The notes: generated from the letters alone by a model not told the origin. A DNA stretch of 64,000 nt from Thermodesulfobacteriota bacterium (GCA_049320885.1 JBMORA010000045.1:1-64000), one strand, 5' to 3'. Shown: positions 40,953-51,626, counted from the stretch's first letter. Made by a program: numbers and translations.

Positions 40953-42014
40953 ATGCGAATCATAGCGATATCGAATCAAAAAGGCGGATGCGGGAAAACC
41001 ACCACGGCGGTGAATCTGTCGGCCTGTCTGGCCCGGAAGGGGAAAAGCGTGCTGTTGATCGATATGGATCCCCAGGCCCATTCCTCCATCGCCCTGAACC
41101 TGGATGTAAAGCAACTTGAAACATCCGTCCGCGATGCCCTGGGGGGACCCGAAACCGGCCGGACCCGGATGGACGAAATCGTCGTTGCCGTCAGCGAGCA
41201 TCTCCATATCGCTCCGGCCGATATCACCCTGAGCGCCCTGGAACAACAGCTGGCCATGGTGCCGGGACGGGAAAACCGGCTCAAGGAAGCCATCGCCGGC
41301 ATGGATCGGGAATATGAATATGTCATCGTGGATTGCCCGCCCAGCCTGGGCCTGTTGACCTTCAACGCCCTGATCGCCGCCACGGAAATCATCGTGCCCC
41401 TGGAAATGAGCTTGTTTTCCCTGCATGGCGTCAGCCGGTTGCTGGAAATCATCGGACTGGTCCGGGAAAAGACCGGTCATGAGCCGCGGATCCGGATCCT
41501 GGCCACCATGGTTGACGATAGAACCAGAATATCGCGGGAAGTCCTGGCGGATATCGGAAGCCATTTTAAGGAGGCCCTCTTCGCCACCCGCATTCATTTT
41601 ACCGTCAAATTGAAGGAAGCCGCCAGTTTCGGCAAATCCATCGTCGATTACGGCAGGGACAGCCGGGGCCGGAGAGACTACCTGGCCCTGACGGAAGAAG
41701 TGATCGCACAAGATAGCCGGCCGGCATCCTCCCGGTTACGGGAAAAAAGCACCATCATTACCAGACAGTTCACGTTGGATGCCCCCCGGGCGGCCTCGGT
41801 GAAAATCGTCGGCACGTTCAACGACTGGACTCCTTCCGAGAAGTCCGCCATGGAACAACGGTCTGACGGCGTCTGGACAAAAGAACTCTCATTGACGCCG
41901 GGCGATTATCAATACCGGTTTCTGGTGGACGATGTCTGGACGGAAGACCACGCCAATCCCCATGCCGTGGACAACGCCTTCGGGGGAAAAAATTCCTGTA
42001 TCACCATCCGCTGA
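40953..42014 (+). CDS. ParA/Soj-family ATPase fused to a C-terminal CBM48/AMPK-beta-like glycogen-binding domain
   Basis: GGAGG RBS before ATG 40953; NQKGGCGKTTT, LIDMDPQ, VDCPPSLG; C-terminal VKIVGTFNDW...GVW...PGDYQYRFLVDDVW...GGKNS. Confidence 0.9.
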   Translation: MRIIAISNQKGGCGKTTTAVNLSACLARKGKSVLLIDMDPQAHSSIALNLDVKQLETSVRDALGGPETGRTRMDEIVVAVSEHLHIAPADITLSALEQQLAMVPGRENRLKEAIAGMDREYEYVIVDCPPSLGLLTFNALIAATEIIVPLEMSLFSLHGVSRLLEIIGLVREKTGHEPRIRILATMVDDRTRISREVLADIGSHFKEALFATRIHFTVKLKEAASFGKSIVDYGRDSRGRRDYLALTEEVIAQDSRPASSRLREKSTIITRQFTLDAPRAASVKIVGTFNDWTPSEKSAMEQRSDGVWTKELSLTPGDYQYRFLVDDVWTEDHANPHAVDNAFGGKNSCITIR

Positions 42015-42025
42015 AAAGGAAGGCC

Positions 42026-42454
42026 ATGGAAAACAAACGCCTCGGCAGAGGGCTGGAACAGATTTCCGACCTGTTTTTATCCACCGGGAAAGAACGGCCA
42101 TCCGCTCTTGATGGTGCCATGTTCGCGGATCCCGTCGATGAATCCGGGTCCGCCCCTCCGCCGGACGGGGAGAAGGAATCCGCGCCCCCTGATCCCCATG
42201 GTGACGGACTGGCGGCCGATCTGTGCGAGGTGGAGGAACAGGTGAGTGTCCGGAAGAACATCACCTTCCCGCTCCTGCCCGACGCCCGGGAAAAGATGTG
42301 GCGGTTGGTTTGCCGGTATCTGGAATCCGGTTACGGTATCAAGCGGATCGAGTTGATCAAAAGCAGCAGAAACGGCAAGCCCGGCCATCAAAAGACCACG
42401 GAAGAGATCGTCTGTATCGGCACCGAAGACCCGCCGCCCGTCATGAATTTTTAG
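42026..42454 (+). CDS. Small protein with an N-terminal ParB-type KRLGRGL peptide (putative ParA partner)
   Basis: AAGGAAGG RBS; 11 nt after the parA stop; MENKRLGRGLEQISDLFLS, an acidic/Pro linker and an unknown C-terminal domain. Confidence 0.8.
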   Translation: MENKRLGRGLEQISDLFLSTGKERPSALDGAMFADPVDESGSAPPPDGEKESAPPDPHGDGLAADLCEVEEQVSVRKNITFPLLPDAREKMWRLVCRYLESGYGIKRIELIKSSRNGKPGHQKTTEEIVCIGTEDPPPVMNF

Positions 42455-43706
42455 AACCGGCCGCAAGGGTCAGCCGCGTCATTTCATCCCCCCAGGCCAG
42501 CGCATCCCGGAAAGCCTTTCTGACCTTCCCACCGTCGAGTCCCAGATTTTGAATGGCTTTTTCCGCCGCGTCCCACTGGCCTTCCTCGATGATTTCCGAC
42601 AGTCGCAGGAGCGGAGCGTATTCATTGTTCGCATCCCGGCACAGGGCGGATTTCAGTTTGTCCTCCAGGGGCAGGTATTGGACGATTTCCGGCATGGGAC
42701 GGTTGATCATGGCGTCCAGCAGGGAGAACATTCCCAGCAGAAACAGGCTTTCCGGATTGAAGCCCCAGAAATCGTGGTCTCTTGCGATCTGTTCCAGGAA
42801 TTTGCCCCGCTGGGCTGACAGCACCACCAATTCCGAGCCTTTCTGGCTCTGGGCCATGTCGTTCAGCACCACGACCCGGACCCAGTTCCGCATTTTTTTC
42901 CAGCCCAGCATGTTGATGGCGTCCCGGATGGACTGGATCTTCTGACGAAAGCCATAGGCAGCGGAATTGATATAGGACAGCAACCGGAAACTGATGGAAA
43001 CATCCGTGCGGATGGCCTCGCTCAGTCGTTCCAGATCAGGGTCTTCCTGTTCGATCAGACGCATCAACTGCAGGCGGCTCACCTGATTGGACGATAGTTT
43101 TTTCACGCTGATCTGTTCCGGCTGCTTGAAATATCCGCCCTGAAACAACTGAAAACCCACATCCTTGCAGACCGTCATCAGGGGCTGGCTCTGGACCTGT
43201 CCGGCCAGGGACAGACAACCGAAGGGCTCGATCTTTTTCTGGAATCCGTTCAATTCATCCCGGTTTTGTCCGGCGACTTCCACATGGACGATGTCCGCGA
43301 TTTTCAACAGGGATTCAGGCGTGGCTCCACCCGCCGCCTCCACCACCAGCATATATCCGTCGGCTTTCAATTGGGCGAGGGTGTCCTCGAATCCCGGTTC
43401 GCCGGCGGGGCGGCCGAGAATTTTCACCGCCGTCCGCTTCGGTGGCAGCGCATACGGCAGTTTGTCCAATACATTTTTGGCCGAGAACCGGACCATGATT
43501 TTCCGTCCGTGGTCCAGCATCTGCTGCAGGCCCATGTAAGTGCCGGAAGCCAGGGTGCCGGCCACCGTGTCCGTATCGAACTCGACGGCCGCGAGCTGTC
43601 CGGCTCCGGAAACCGCGAAGAGTTCATATCCCCACAGATGCTGTTCGGCGTCGAAAATCGGCTGTCGCGCCAGGGATAATGCTGCGACCTCTTTCCCAGT
43701 TGTCAT
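42441..43706 (-). CDS. EAL-like + HDOD domain protein
   Basis: ARQPIFD...GYELF, LFQGGYF, D...RLLSYINSAAYG, FLLGMFSLLDA. Confidence 0.88.
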   Translation of the reverse strand: MTTGKEVAALSLARQPIFDAEQHLWGYELFAVSGAGQLAAVEFDTDTVAGTLASGTYMGLQQMLDHGRKIMVRFSAKNVLDKLPYALPPKRTAVKILGRPAGEPGFEDTLAQLKADGYMLVVEAAGGATPESLLKIADIVHVEVAGQNRDELNGFQKKIEPFGCLSLAGQVQSQPLMTVCKDVGFQLFQGGYFKQPEQISVKKLSSNQVSRLQLMRLIEQEDPDLERLSEAIRTDVSISFRLLSYINSAAYGFRQKIQSIRDAINMLGWKKMRNWVRVVVLNDMAQSQKGSELVVLSAQRGKFLEQIARDHDFWGFNPESLFLLGMFSLLDAMINRPMPEIVQYLPLEDKLKSALCRDANNEYAPLLRLSEIIEEGQWDAAEKAIQNLGLDGGKVRKAFRDALAWGDEMTRLTLAAGSKNS

Positions 43707-43756
43707 GGCGTCTCCTTTGTCATCAAGTGTTGATCCGCCGCCCGGACCGTCCCGTT

Positions 43757-46255
43757 TTACAGCGGCAGGGGTTTCATCCCCCAGATATTTCTGGCGTACT
43801 CCATCACCGCCCGGTCACTGGAGAATTTCCCCATGTTGGCGGTGTTCAGGATGGACCGTCGCGCCCAGTCCTCCTGGTTCTGATAGGCCAGGCTGACCTG
43901 TTCCTGGGCCTCGATGTAGGAACGGTAATCCGCCAGCACCATGTAATAGTCCCCGTGATCCATCAACGACTGGATGATCGGTGAAAACAGCCAGGGTTCG
44001 GCGGGGGAGAAATACCCGTTGTTGATCATTTCCAGCACCTTTCTCAGTTCCGCATCCTGGCGATAGATATCCCGCGGGTTGTATCCGCCGCCGCGCATCT
44101 GGTCCACTTCATGGGATTTCATCCCGAAAATGAAGATATTGTCCGGCCCCACCTCCTCGAGAATTTCGACATTGGCCCCATCCATGGTGCCGATGGTCAA
44201 GGCGCCGTTGAGGGCGAATTTCATGTTGCCCGTGCCCGACGCTTCCATGCCGGCGGTGGAAATCTGCTCTGACAGCTCCGCGGCCGGAATAATCTTTTCC
44301 GCCTGGGAAATGCAATAGTTCGGCAGGAAAATAACCTTCAGTTTGCCACGCACTTCCGGATCACCGTTGATTTTTTCGGCAATGGAATTGATCAGTTTGA
44401 TGATCAGCTTGGCGCGATAATAAGCGGGCGCCGCCTTGCCTGCGAAAATCACCGTGCGGGGGGCAATGGGGGCCGTCGAACCCTCGATGATCCGGCAGTA
44501 GAGAGTGATCACATGCAGGGCGTTCAGGAGCTGCCGCTTGTATTCGTGGATCCGTTTGACATGCACATCGAACAGGGTATCCGGATTGACCCCCATCCCG
44601 GTTTTACGCAAAATATAGCGCGCCAGGCGTTTCTTGTTGTTGCGCTTCACCGCCAGCCAGGCGGAGCGGAACGCGGCGTCCCCGGCATACGGGATCAGCC
44701 GCTTCAACTGATCCAGCTCCGTGACCCATCCCGGGCCGATGGTCCCGGTGATCAGTTCCGACAGTTCCGGATTGGCCTGACGGAGCCAGCGCCGGGGGGT
44801 GATGCCGTTGGTGACGTTTTTCAGCTTGCCGGGAAACACCCGGTCGAATCCGCTGAACATGCCCTCTTTCAAGATGCGGCTGTGCAGCTCCGCCACCCCG
44901 TTCACCGAGTGGCTGCCGATGATGGCCAGATAGGCCATGCGCACTTTCTTGACATCGCCCTCCTGAATGATGGACAGCCGGGACAGCAACTCGGGCTGAT
45001 CCGGGTACCGCTGTTTGATGTCCTCCAGGAACCGGTGGTTGATCTCGTAGATGATTTCCAGATGCCGGGGCAACAGACGGCCGATCAGGGACACCGGCCA
45101 GGTCTCCAGGGCCTCGGGCATGACCGTATGATTCGTGTAGGCAAAGGTTCTGGTGCAGATCCCCCAGGCATCCTCCCATTCCAGCCCCTCCTCGTCGATG
45201 AGCAGGCGCATGCATTCCGGAATCGCGATGGCCGGGTGGGTGTCGTTCAGCTGGATGGCCACGTAATCCGGAAAATACACGAAGGACTGTTGCTGTTTCC
45301 GGTATCTCCGAAAAATGTCCTGCATGGTGGCGGAAACGAAAAAATATTGCTGCCGCAGCCTCAGGGTCCGGCCCTGCTCCTGCTCGTCACTGGGATACAG
45401 CACCTTGGAAATGGTCTCGCTCAGCACCTTGTTTTCCACGGCGCCGATATAGTTGCCCTGGTTGAAATAATCCAGGTTGAATTCCCGGCTCGATTTGGCG
45501 GTCCAGAGCCGCATGTTGGTGACAAAATCGTCGCCGTACCCGGGAATCAGGATGTCACAGGGCATGGCCATGACCCCTTCCGTATCCACCCAGCGGCAGC
45601 GCCTCCTGCCTTCCACATCGGTGTATATCTCCGAACGGCCGTAAAAACGCACGGTATACAGCTGTTCGCGCCGCTTGATTTCCCAGGGATTGCCGCGCCT
45701 CATCCAGTTGTCGCTCTGTTCCTGCTGGTAGCCGTTCACCAGTACCTGATGGAAGATGCCGTAATCGTAACGGATGCCGTAGCCGTAGCCCGGCAGACGC
45801 AAGCGCGCCATGGAATCCATATAGCAGGAGGCCAGCCGTCCCAATCCGCCGTTGCCCAACCCGGAATCCCACTCTTCCTCCTCGATGTCGTCCAGGTCGA
45901 ATCCGATGTCGCGGGTCGTATCCGCGGCCGCCTTTTCCATGCCGAGACTGATCAGGTAGTTCTTGAGAAAACGCCCGGGAAGAAATTCCAGGGAGAGATA
46001 ATAGACCCGTTTGGCGAGGCTGTCATAACAGGCCCGCTGGGTCTTGATCCATTTCTGAATCAGGCGTTCCCGCAGGCTGAAAGCCAGGCCGGTGAAACAG
46101 CTGTATCGGTTGGGCATATCCGGATCGCCGCCGAGGGTGGACAAAATATGACGCCGGATGTCCTCATTCAGATGCCGGATGTCTTCTTTCGGTCCGCCTG
46201 GCTCCGTCTTCCCGCCCGGCTCCATGGGGTTATCGGATGGTGAACGCTTGGGCAT
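43757..46255 (-). CDS. glgP: Glycogen/starch phosphorylase
   Basis: GLGNGGLGRLASC, QLNDTHP, KRIHEYKRQ, EASGTGNMKF (PLP Lys); start ATG 46255 with GGAGG RBS. Confidence 0.97.
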   Translation of the reverse strand: MPKRSPSDNPMEPGGKTEPGGPKEDIRHLNEDIRRHILSTLGGDPDMPNRYSCFTGLAFSLRERLIQKWIKTQRACYDSLAKRVYYLSLEFLPGRFLKNYLISLGMEKAAADTTRDIGFDLDDIEEEEWDSGLGNGGLGRLASCYMDSMARLRLPGYGYGIRYDYGIFHQVLVNGYQQEQSDNWMRRGNPWEIKRREQLYTVRFYGRSEIYTDVEGRRRCRWVDTEGVMAMPCDILIPGYGDDFVTNMRLWTAKSSREFNLDYFNQGNYIGAVENKVLSETISKVLYPSDEQEQGRTLRLRQQYFFVSATMQDIFRRYRKQQQSFVYFPDYVAIQLNDTHPAIAIPECMRLLIDEEGLEWEDAWGICTRTFAYTNHTVMPEALETWPVSLIGRLLPRHLEIIYEINHRFLEDIKQRYPDQPELLSRLSIIQEGDVKKVRMAYLAIIGSHSVNGVAELHSRILKEGMFSGFDRVFPGKLKNVTNGITPRRWLRQANPELSELITGTIGPGWVTELDQLKRLIPYAGDAAFRSAWLAVKRNNKKRLARYILRKTGMGVNPDTLFDVHVKRIHEYKRQLLNALHVITLYCRIIEGSTAPIAPRTVIFAGKAAPAYYRAKLIIKLINSIAEKINGDPEVRGKLKVIFLPNYCISQAEKIIPAAELSEQISTAGMEASGTGNMKFALNGALTIGTMDGANVEILEEVGPDNIFIFGMKSHEVDQMRGGGYNPRDIYRQDAELRKVLEMINNGYFSPAEPWLFSPIIQSLMDHGDYYMVLADYRSYIEAQEQVSLAYQNQEDWARRSILNTANMGKFSSDRAVMEYARNIWGMKPLPL

Positions 46256-46495
46256 GAATTGTCCTCCGGTGAAACGCAAGGGTCGGTTAGGGGTTTTCCG
46301 ATACGGGGGAGTCAAAACCGTCGGGCCATCAGGGGCTTTCCGGCAGTACGGCGCATCGGATATGGCGGCTTGAAGCCACCGGCGCCCGATCCGCGCCGCC
46401 GGCTTCAATTGTTGGTGTTGTATAATACTATATAGGGTATACGAATTCCACCGTTTGATCAAGAGGAAGATCAACAGAGGAAGAACAGCCGGCCT

Positions 46496-47800
46496 TCATT
46501 CCCTCAAGGTGAGTTTTTTCCCGGAAAGCGCCAGATTCATGTTTCTCACCGCGCACATTTTCCCGCACATGGTGCAGGTTTCCGGCTCCTCGGGTTGCGA
46601 CGATTCCCGGTACCGGACGGCCTTTTCCGTATCCATGGCCAGGGTGAACATCCGCTGCCAGTCAAGATCGCGCCGGGCCTTGCTCATGGCGTCGTCCCAT
46701 TTCCGGGCTCCGGGCAGCCCCTTGGCGATATCGGCGGCATGGGCGGCGATCCGGGCGGCGATGATCCCCTCCTTCATGTCCTCCAGGGTCGGCAGGCGCA
46801 GGTGCTCGGCGGGCGTCACATAACACAGGAAATCGGCCCCGCTGGCCGCCGCGACGGCGCCGCCGATGGCGCTGGTGATGTGGTCGTAACCCGGAGCGAC
46901 ATCCGTCACCAGCGGCCCCAGAACGTAAAAGGGCGCCCCATGGCAGAGGCGCTTCTCCAGCATCATGTTGCCGGCGATTTCATTGAGGGCCATGTGCCCC
47001 GGGCCTTCGATCATGACCTGGACGTTGCGCTCCCAGGAACGCAGGGTCAATTCCCCCAGAACGATCATTTCCTGCACCTGGCAGGCGTCGGTGGAATCAT
47101 GGATGCTCCCGGGCCGGCAACCGTCGCCCAGACTCAGGGTGACGTCATGGGCCGCGCAGATATCGAGGAGCCGGTCATAGTGTTCATAGAACGGGTTTTC
47201 ACGTCCCGTCATGGCCATCCAGGAAAACAGCAGGGCCCCGCCCCTGGATACGATATTGGTCAACCGTCTGGATTGCTCCAGTCTCCGGGCGGTTTCCCGG
47301 TTCAACCCGGCATGAATGGTCATGAAATCGACCCCGTCCTCGGCATGCTGCAAAACCACCTGGAAAAATTCATCCACCGTGATATCCTGCAGTTCCTTGT
47401 CGTAGTATCCCACGGCGTCATAGATGGGAACGGTACCCACCGGGACCGTGGACATGTCCACCAGTTTTTTCCTGAATTCGGCTGTTTTCCCATAGCAGCT
47501 GAGGTCCATGATCGCCTCGGCTTTCCATTTCAGGGCGTGTTCGACCTTCCGCAGTTCCGCATCCAGATCACAGCAATCCTTGGAAATTCCCAGATTGACA
47601 TTGATTTTGGTCCTCAGACCCTCGCCGATGCCTTCCGGTTCCAATCGTGCGTGCCGCTTGTTGGCCGGTATGACCACCCGGCCGGCGGCGATTCGTTTGA
47701 TCAACTCTCCGGCCTCCATGTTTTCCTTGCCGGCGACAATGGTCATTTCCCGGGTGATGATGCCGTTGCGGGCCGCGTCCATCTGGGTTGTATATTTCAT
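46496..47800 (-). CDS. thiC: Phosphomethylpyrimidine synthase
   Basis: [36 protein letters not shown]; in the thiamine operon. Confidence 0.95.
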   Translation of the reverse strand: MKYTTQMDAARNGIITREMTIVAGKENMEAGELIKRIAAGRVVIPANKRHARLEPEGIGEGLRTKINVNLGISKDCCDLDAELRKVEHALKWKAEAIMDLSCYGKTAEFRKKLVDMSTVPVGTVPIYDAVGYYDKELQDITVDEFFQVVLQHAEDGVDFMTIHAGLNRETARRLEQSRRLTNIVSRGGALLFSWMAMTGRENPFYEHYDRLLDICAAHDVTLSLGDGCRPGSIHDSTDACQVQEMIVLGELTLRSWERNVQVMIEGPGHMALNEIAGNMMLEKRLCHGAPFYVLGPLVTDVAPGYDHITSAIGGAVAAASGADFLCYVTPAEHLRLPTLEDMKEGIIAARIAAHAADIAKGLPGARKWDDAMSKARRDLDWQRMFTLAMDTEKAVRYRESSQPEEPETCTMCGKMCAVRNMNLALSGKKLTLRE

Positions 47801-48477
47801 GATTCGATCCTCGCAGGTGATGGGGTTGTTTGTCTCATGATCGCTCTCAATTCCCGGATCCGGGCGCCGATGTCGCCGGCCGAGACGATTTCCGTTACCA
47901 GGGAAATACAGCCGGCGCCGTGCCGGACCACCTCGGCAAGATTATGGGTCTTGATCCCGCCGATGGCGACAAAGGGAATGTCGAAACCGGAAACGACATG
48001 GTCCAGATACCCCAGCCCCACCGGCTCGCAGACATCTTTTTTGGTGAAGGTCCGGTAGATCGGCCCCACGCCGATATAATCCGCGCCTCTTTCCACCGCA
48101 TCCCGGGCCTGGTCCGGGGAATGGGTGGAAACGCCGATGATCATTCTGTCCCCGACGACTTGCCGCACCGCCTCGATGGGCAGATCTTCCTGCCCGATAT
48201 GCACGCCATCGGCCGCCACGGCAAGGGCCAGATCCGCGTGATCGTTGACGATCAGAAAAGCGCCGACCCGGCGGGTCAATTCCCGGATGCGCTGGCACTG
48301 CCGGTATTTTTCCCCCATGGTTTTTTCTTTTTCCCGGTATTGGATCAGCCGGATTCCGGCCGACAGCAGACTTTCCGTCACCTGGATATTGTCCCGGCCG
48401 GAGGAGTGCTCTTCCGAGGTAATGCAATACAGGTCGGTGTTCAGAATCTCCCTTGCGGTTTTACGGGATGGTGTCAA
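47797..48477 (-). CDS. thiE: Thiamine-phosphate synthase
   Basis: [30 protein letters not shown]. Confidence 0.95.
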   Translation of the reverse strand: MTPSRKTAREILNTDLYCITSEEHSSGRDNIQVTESLLSAGIRLIQYREKEKTMGEKYRQCQRIRELTRRVGAFLIVNDHADLALAVAADGVHIGQEDLPIEAVRQVVGDRMIIGVSTHSPDQARDAVERGADYIGVGPIYRTFTKKDVCEPVGLGYLDHVVSGFDIPFVAIGGIKTHNLAEVVRHGAGCISLVTEIVSAGDIGARIRELRAIMRQTTPSPARIES

Positions 48478-48481
48478 GGCG

Positions 48482-49111
48482 CTACTCCTTTACCGGCTTG
48501 AATCGTTTCCCCAACACATGGGTCAGGATGATATCGGCCTGTTTGGCCGCCGCCAGGGTCACCCGGGGGGCTACCGGCGGAAAGTCATCACCGGCTTCGC
48601 TCACAAGATCGCCCACCACATGGACATTGGTCCCGATCCGATGAACGGTCAGGGCGTCGCTGTTCCCCCAGCCGGAGATGCCGGAGGCGCAGACCAACAA
48701 TTTTTCCGTGTTCACGAAGGCTTCCAGCATCATTTTTTTATCCCCGGCCGTATCCAGGGCCTCCACGATCACCTGACAATCGGCCAACAGCCTTCGGACA
48801 TTGCCCGGATGCAGCCGCTCCCGATACAGGGTCAGGGTCAGATCCGGGTTGACGGCCAGCAGGTTGTCCCGCAGCATGTCGACTTTCCATCCCCCCACCT
48901 GGTCCAGAAAAAAAAACTGCCGGTTGAGGTTGGAAGGCTCCACCCGGTCCATATCCGCCAGGGTCAGGCGGTTGAAACCGCAACGCACCAGCATCAGGGC
49001 GCAATTGGAACCGAGGCCGCCCGCGCCGGCAATGCCGATGCATACCTGCCGCAGCTTCACCAGCTCCTCCGCGCCGAGATACCGGCGGATTCCCACCTCG
49101 AACCGGTTCAT
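48482..49111 (-). CDS. thiF: ThiS adenylyltransferase
   Basis: GAGGLGS, SNLNRQ; operon context. Confidence 0.92.
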   Translation of the reverse strand: MNRFEVGIRRYLGAEELVKLRQVCIGIAGAGGLGSNCALMLVRCGFNRLTLADMDRVEPSNLNRQFFFLDQVGGWKVDMLRDNLLAVNPDLTLTLYRERLHPGNVRRLLADCQVIVEALDTAGDKKMMLEAFVNTEKLLVCASGISGWGNSDALTVHRIGTNVHVVGDLVSEAGDDFPPVAPRVTLAAAKQADIILTHVLGKRFKPVKE

Positions 49112-50211
49112 ATGGGCTGCCAGTCCTTGAACACCGGCTGATAACCGAGGCGTTGAATCTGATCACGCATATCCGCCACCGAGCGATGATCGGCGATCTC
49201 GAACTGACCCACGGAATCCCGCTCCTGGGTCCGCCCCCCCACTTTGGTGGAGGAGCCGGCGGACATTCTGGTAACCCCCAGCCGGATGAGGCGATCCCGC
49301 AGATACGCGCTCTCCCGGGTGGAAAGGGCCATACCCGCCCGGGGCAGAAAAATCCGCCAGGCCAGCATGATCTGAACGAGATTTTCATCACTCACCGGAT
49401 GCCGGGGCTGATATTCGCCGGCATGGGACCGAATGCGCGGCAGGGACAGGCCGATCTCCACCTCCGGGAAACGGCGCTGCAGATAATCGGCATGCAGTCC
49501 GGTAAGATAGGCGTCCCTCCGCCAGTCGTCCAACCCCAGCAGGGCGGCGATGTTCACCGAACGGATACCGGCCCGGCAGGCCCTTTCCGGAGCCTCCAGG
49601 CGAAAACGATAATCCCTTTTGGGGCCTTTCGGATGAAGGTCTTCGTAAAGGTTCCGGTTGTAGGTTTCCTGATAAATGGTCAGCGAATCCACGCCGGCGT
49701 CGATCAGCTCGCGGTACTCCTCTGTTTCAAGGGCGTATATTTCGATGCCGATGGAGGTGAAATAGCGCCGCAGGATCTCCAGGCAGTTCTTCAGATACGA
49801 CAGGCCGGCCATATGGCGGGCGTCCCCGGTGAGAATCAGGATATGCTTCAACCCCGTGGCGGCGATGGCCGCGGCCTCCCGCTCCACTTCATCGAGGGTC
49901 AACTGCATGCGGGGAATGGCGTTGCCGGCGTTGAAACCGCAATACCGGCACTGGTTGATGCAGTGATTCGACAAATACAGGGGGGTGTAGAGCAGAATCG
50001 TCCGGCCGAAATACTGGACCGTCAGCCGGTGGGCCGCCCGGGCCATGTCTTCCAGGAACGGAACCGCGGCCGGAGACAGCAGGAACCGGAAATCCGCCGG
50101 CGGAACCCGGCCCTGTCCCAGAATCCGGCGCAGCCGGTCCACTCCGTTCTCCAGGGACGGCTCCTCTGCGGGGCAGCTCTCAACCGTCTCTACCAACGGG
50201 TAAAAACTCAT
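49108..50211 (-). CDS. thiH: 2-iminoacetate synthase (radical SAM)
   Basis: [27 protein letters not shown]-terminal KDW. Confidence 0.94.
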   Translation of the reverse strand: MSFYPLVETVESCPAEEPSLENGVDRLRRILGQGRVPPADFRFLLSPAAVPFLEDMARAAHRLTVQYFGRTILLYTPLYLSNHCINQCRYCGFNAGNAIPRMQLTLDEVEREAAAIAATGLKHILILTGDARHMAGLSYLKNCLEILRRYFTSIGIEIYALETEEYRELIDAGVDSLTIYQETYNRNLYEDLHPKGPKRDYRFRLEAPERACRAGIRSVNIAALLGLDDWRRDAYLTGLHADYLQRRFPEVEIGLSLPRIRSHAGEYQPRHPVSDENLVQIMLAWRIFLPRAGMALSTRESAYLRDRLIRLGVTRMSAGSSTKVGGRTQERDSVGQFEIADHRSVADMRDQIQRLGYQPVFKDWQPI

Positions 50212-50238
50212 GGCTGTATTCTTTCCTCCAACGTCCGG

Positions 50239-51030
50239 TTATTCCATTTTCCCATCGGTGTCTTCCCGTAAAAAACCCGTCAGGGGGGAAGATGCCGCCG
50301 CCACCTCGCCTTCCGCGCCCGGACCGGCCAGATACGCTTCCCGGCCGGCCCTGACAGCCTTGCCGAACGCATCCGCCATGGCCAGGGGATCGCGGGCGCT
50401 GGCGATGGCGGTGTTGACCAAACAGGCACCGGCACCCATTTCCATGGCCTCGCAGGCATGACTCGGTTTTCCCAGCCCGGCGTCCACAATGATGGGCAGG
50501 TCGATTTCATCGATGAGAATCCGGATCAGCTCTTTGGTTTTCAGGCCGCGGTTGCTGCCGATGGGCGCCCCCAGGGGCATGACGGCGGCCGCACCGGCGG
50601 CTGCCAAGCGTTTGGCCACCATCAGATCCGGGCTGATATACGGCAGGACGACAAATCCCTCGCCGGCAAGAATTTCCGTCGCGCGCACGGTCTCGTACCC
50701 GTCCGGCAACAGATATTTGTTATCCGTGATAACCTCGATTTTGACCCAGTTGCCGCAGCCGGCGGCCCTGGCGATGCGGGCAATGCGGACGGCCTCCTCC
50801 GCGTTGCGCGCCCCGGATGTATTCGGCATCAATTGAACATGGGCGGGAACATGCCGGAGGATATTCTCGCTTTCGGAATCGAAATCCATCCGCCTCAAGG
50901 CCACGGTGATGATTTCCGCGCCGGAGCGGGCCACGATTTCGGGAATCAAGACGTCCGCAGACATTTTCCCCGTTCCCAGCAACAGCCGGCTGTGAAACCG
51001 ACGCCCCCCGATGATCCACTCGTCGTTCAT
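50239..51030 (-). CDS. thiG: Thiazole synthase
   Basis: [37 protein letters not shown]; start ATG 51030. Confidence 0.96.
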   Translation of the reverse strand: MNDEWIIGGRRFHSRLLLGTGKMSADVLIPEIVARSGAEIITVALRRMDFDSESENILRHVPAHVQLMPNTSGARNAEEAVRIARIARAAGCGNWVKIEVITDNKYLLPDGYETVRATEILAGEGFVVLPYISPDLMVAKRLAAAGAAAVMPLGAPIGSNRGLKTKELIRILIDEIDLPIIVDAGLGKPSHACEAMEMGAGACLVNTAIASARDPLAMADAFGKAVRAGREAYLAGPGAEGEVAAASSPLTGFLREDTDGKME

Positions 51031-51034
51031 CCGC

Positions 51035-51241
51035 TCACCCTCCCCCGACAAACCGCAAAATTTCCAACTTATCGTTTTCATTTATTATTTTGTTTGACAA
51101 TTCTTCCGTGGGAATGATCGCGAGGTTGTGTTCCACCACCACGGAATTCGGATCGATCCCCCGCTCGGCCAGAAAATCGGACAGACAGACCTTATCCTCC
51201 AACCAGGTCGGCTTTCCGTTGACGACGATCGCAATGGGCAT
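51035..51241 (-). CDS. thiS: Sulfur carrier protein
   Basis: 68-aa ubiquitin-like protein ending FVGGG. Confidence 0.95.
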   Translation of the reverse strand: MPIAIVVNGKPTWLEDKVCLSDFLAERGIDPNSVVVEHNLAIIPTEELSNKIINENDKLEILRFVGGG

Positions 51242-51290
51242 CCTCTCCCTCCTTGACCCCGGACCGGTTGCCGGGGAATGACGTCACCCC

Positions 51291-51318
51291 AAAAAAAAAA
51301 GCTCGCCCGAAGGCAAGC
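51291..51318 (-). terminator. Riboswitch-controlled attenuator terminator
   Basis: Minus strand GCTTGCC-TTCG-GGCGAGC followed by T10, between the aptamer and thiS. Confidence 0.85.
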
Positions 51319-51341
51319 CGAATGATTTGACCAATCCGTAT

Positions 51342-51428
51342 GTTGCTTCCCTCCGGCAGTATCAGCTGCATCAGGTTCGAGGGGTCGAAACCGAGTTTCC
51401 TCTCAGCCTTGCGGCTCCCCCAGCATGT
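51342..51428 (-). ncRNA. TPP riboswitch
   Basis: Minus strand GGGGGAGCC...GGCTGAGAG...GACCCCTCGAACCTGATGCAGCTGATACTGCCGGAGGGAAG matches the THI-box core. Confidence 0.95.
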
Positions 51429-51436
51429 ATTTTATT

Positions 51437-51465
51437 TCTATAGGGGAGAAACCTTTTTTTTTCAA
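51437..51465 (-). promoter_or_regulatory. sigma70 promoter of the thi leader
   Basis: TTGAAA-N17-TATAGA immediately upstream of the aptamer. Confidence 0.65.
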
Positions 51466-51626
51466 GCAATATTTGCGATGAGGCGCCGCAAGTTTCGGGA
51501 ATCGACTGAAAATCCTGCTTGCGCTGCCCGCCGCTCCGTGTTATGAAACAAGCGTTATTTAACATATGCGCCATCTGTTGCCGTGGAATGCAATACAAGA
51601 GGTGTTTTTAAACGATTGAGTCCATC

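Noticed and set aside
40443..42014. 523-aa ORF as a genuine YkgJ-ParA-CBM48 triple fusion
   Set aside because: The N-terminal part is a truncated remnant followed by intergenic-like sequence. ParA begins at ATG 40953 with a strong RBS and the canonical MRIIAISNQKGG start.
40953..42454. Canonical chromosomal or plasmid parAB locus
   Set aside because: The second gene lacks ParB CTPase and HTH domains, and no parS, replication or oriC-linked genes were seen.
46496..47800. BzaF/BzaAB (benzimidazole synthesis) instead of ThiC
   Set aside because: The gene sits in a TPP-riboswitch thiamine operon, which favours ThiC.
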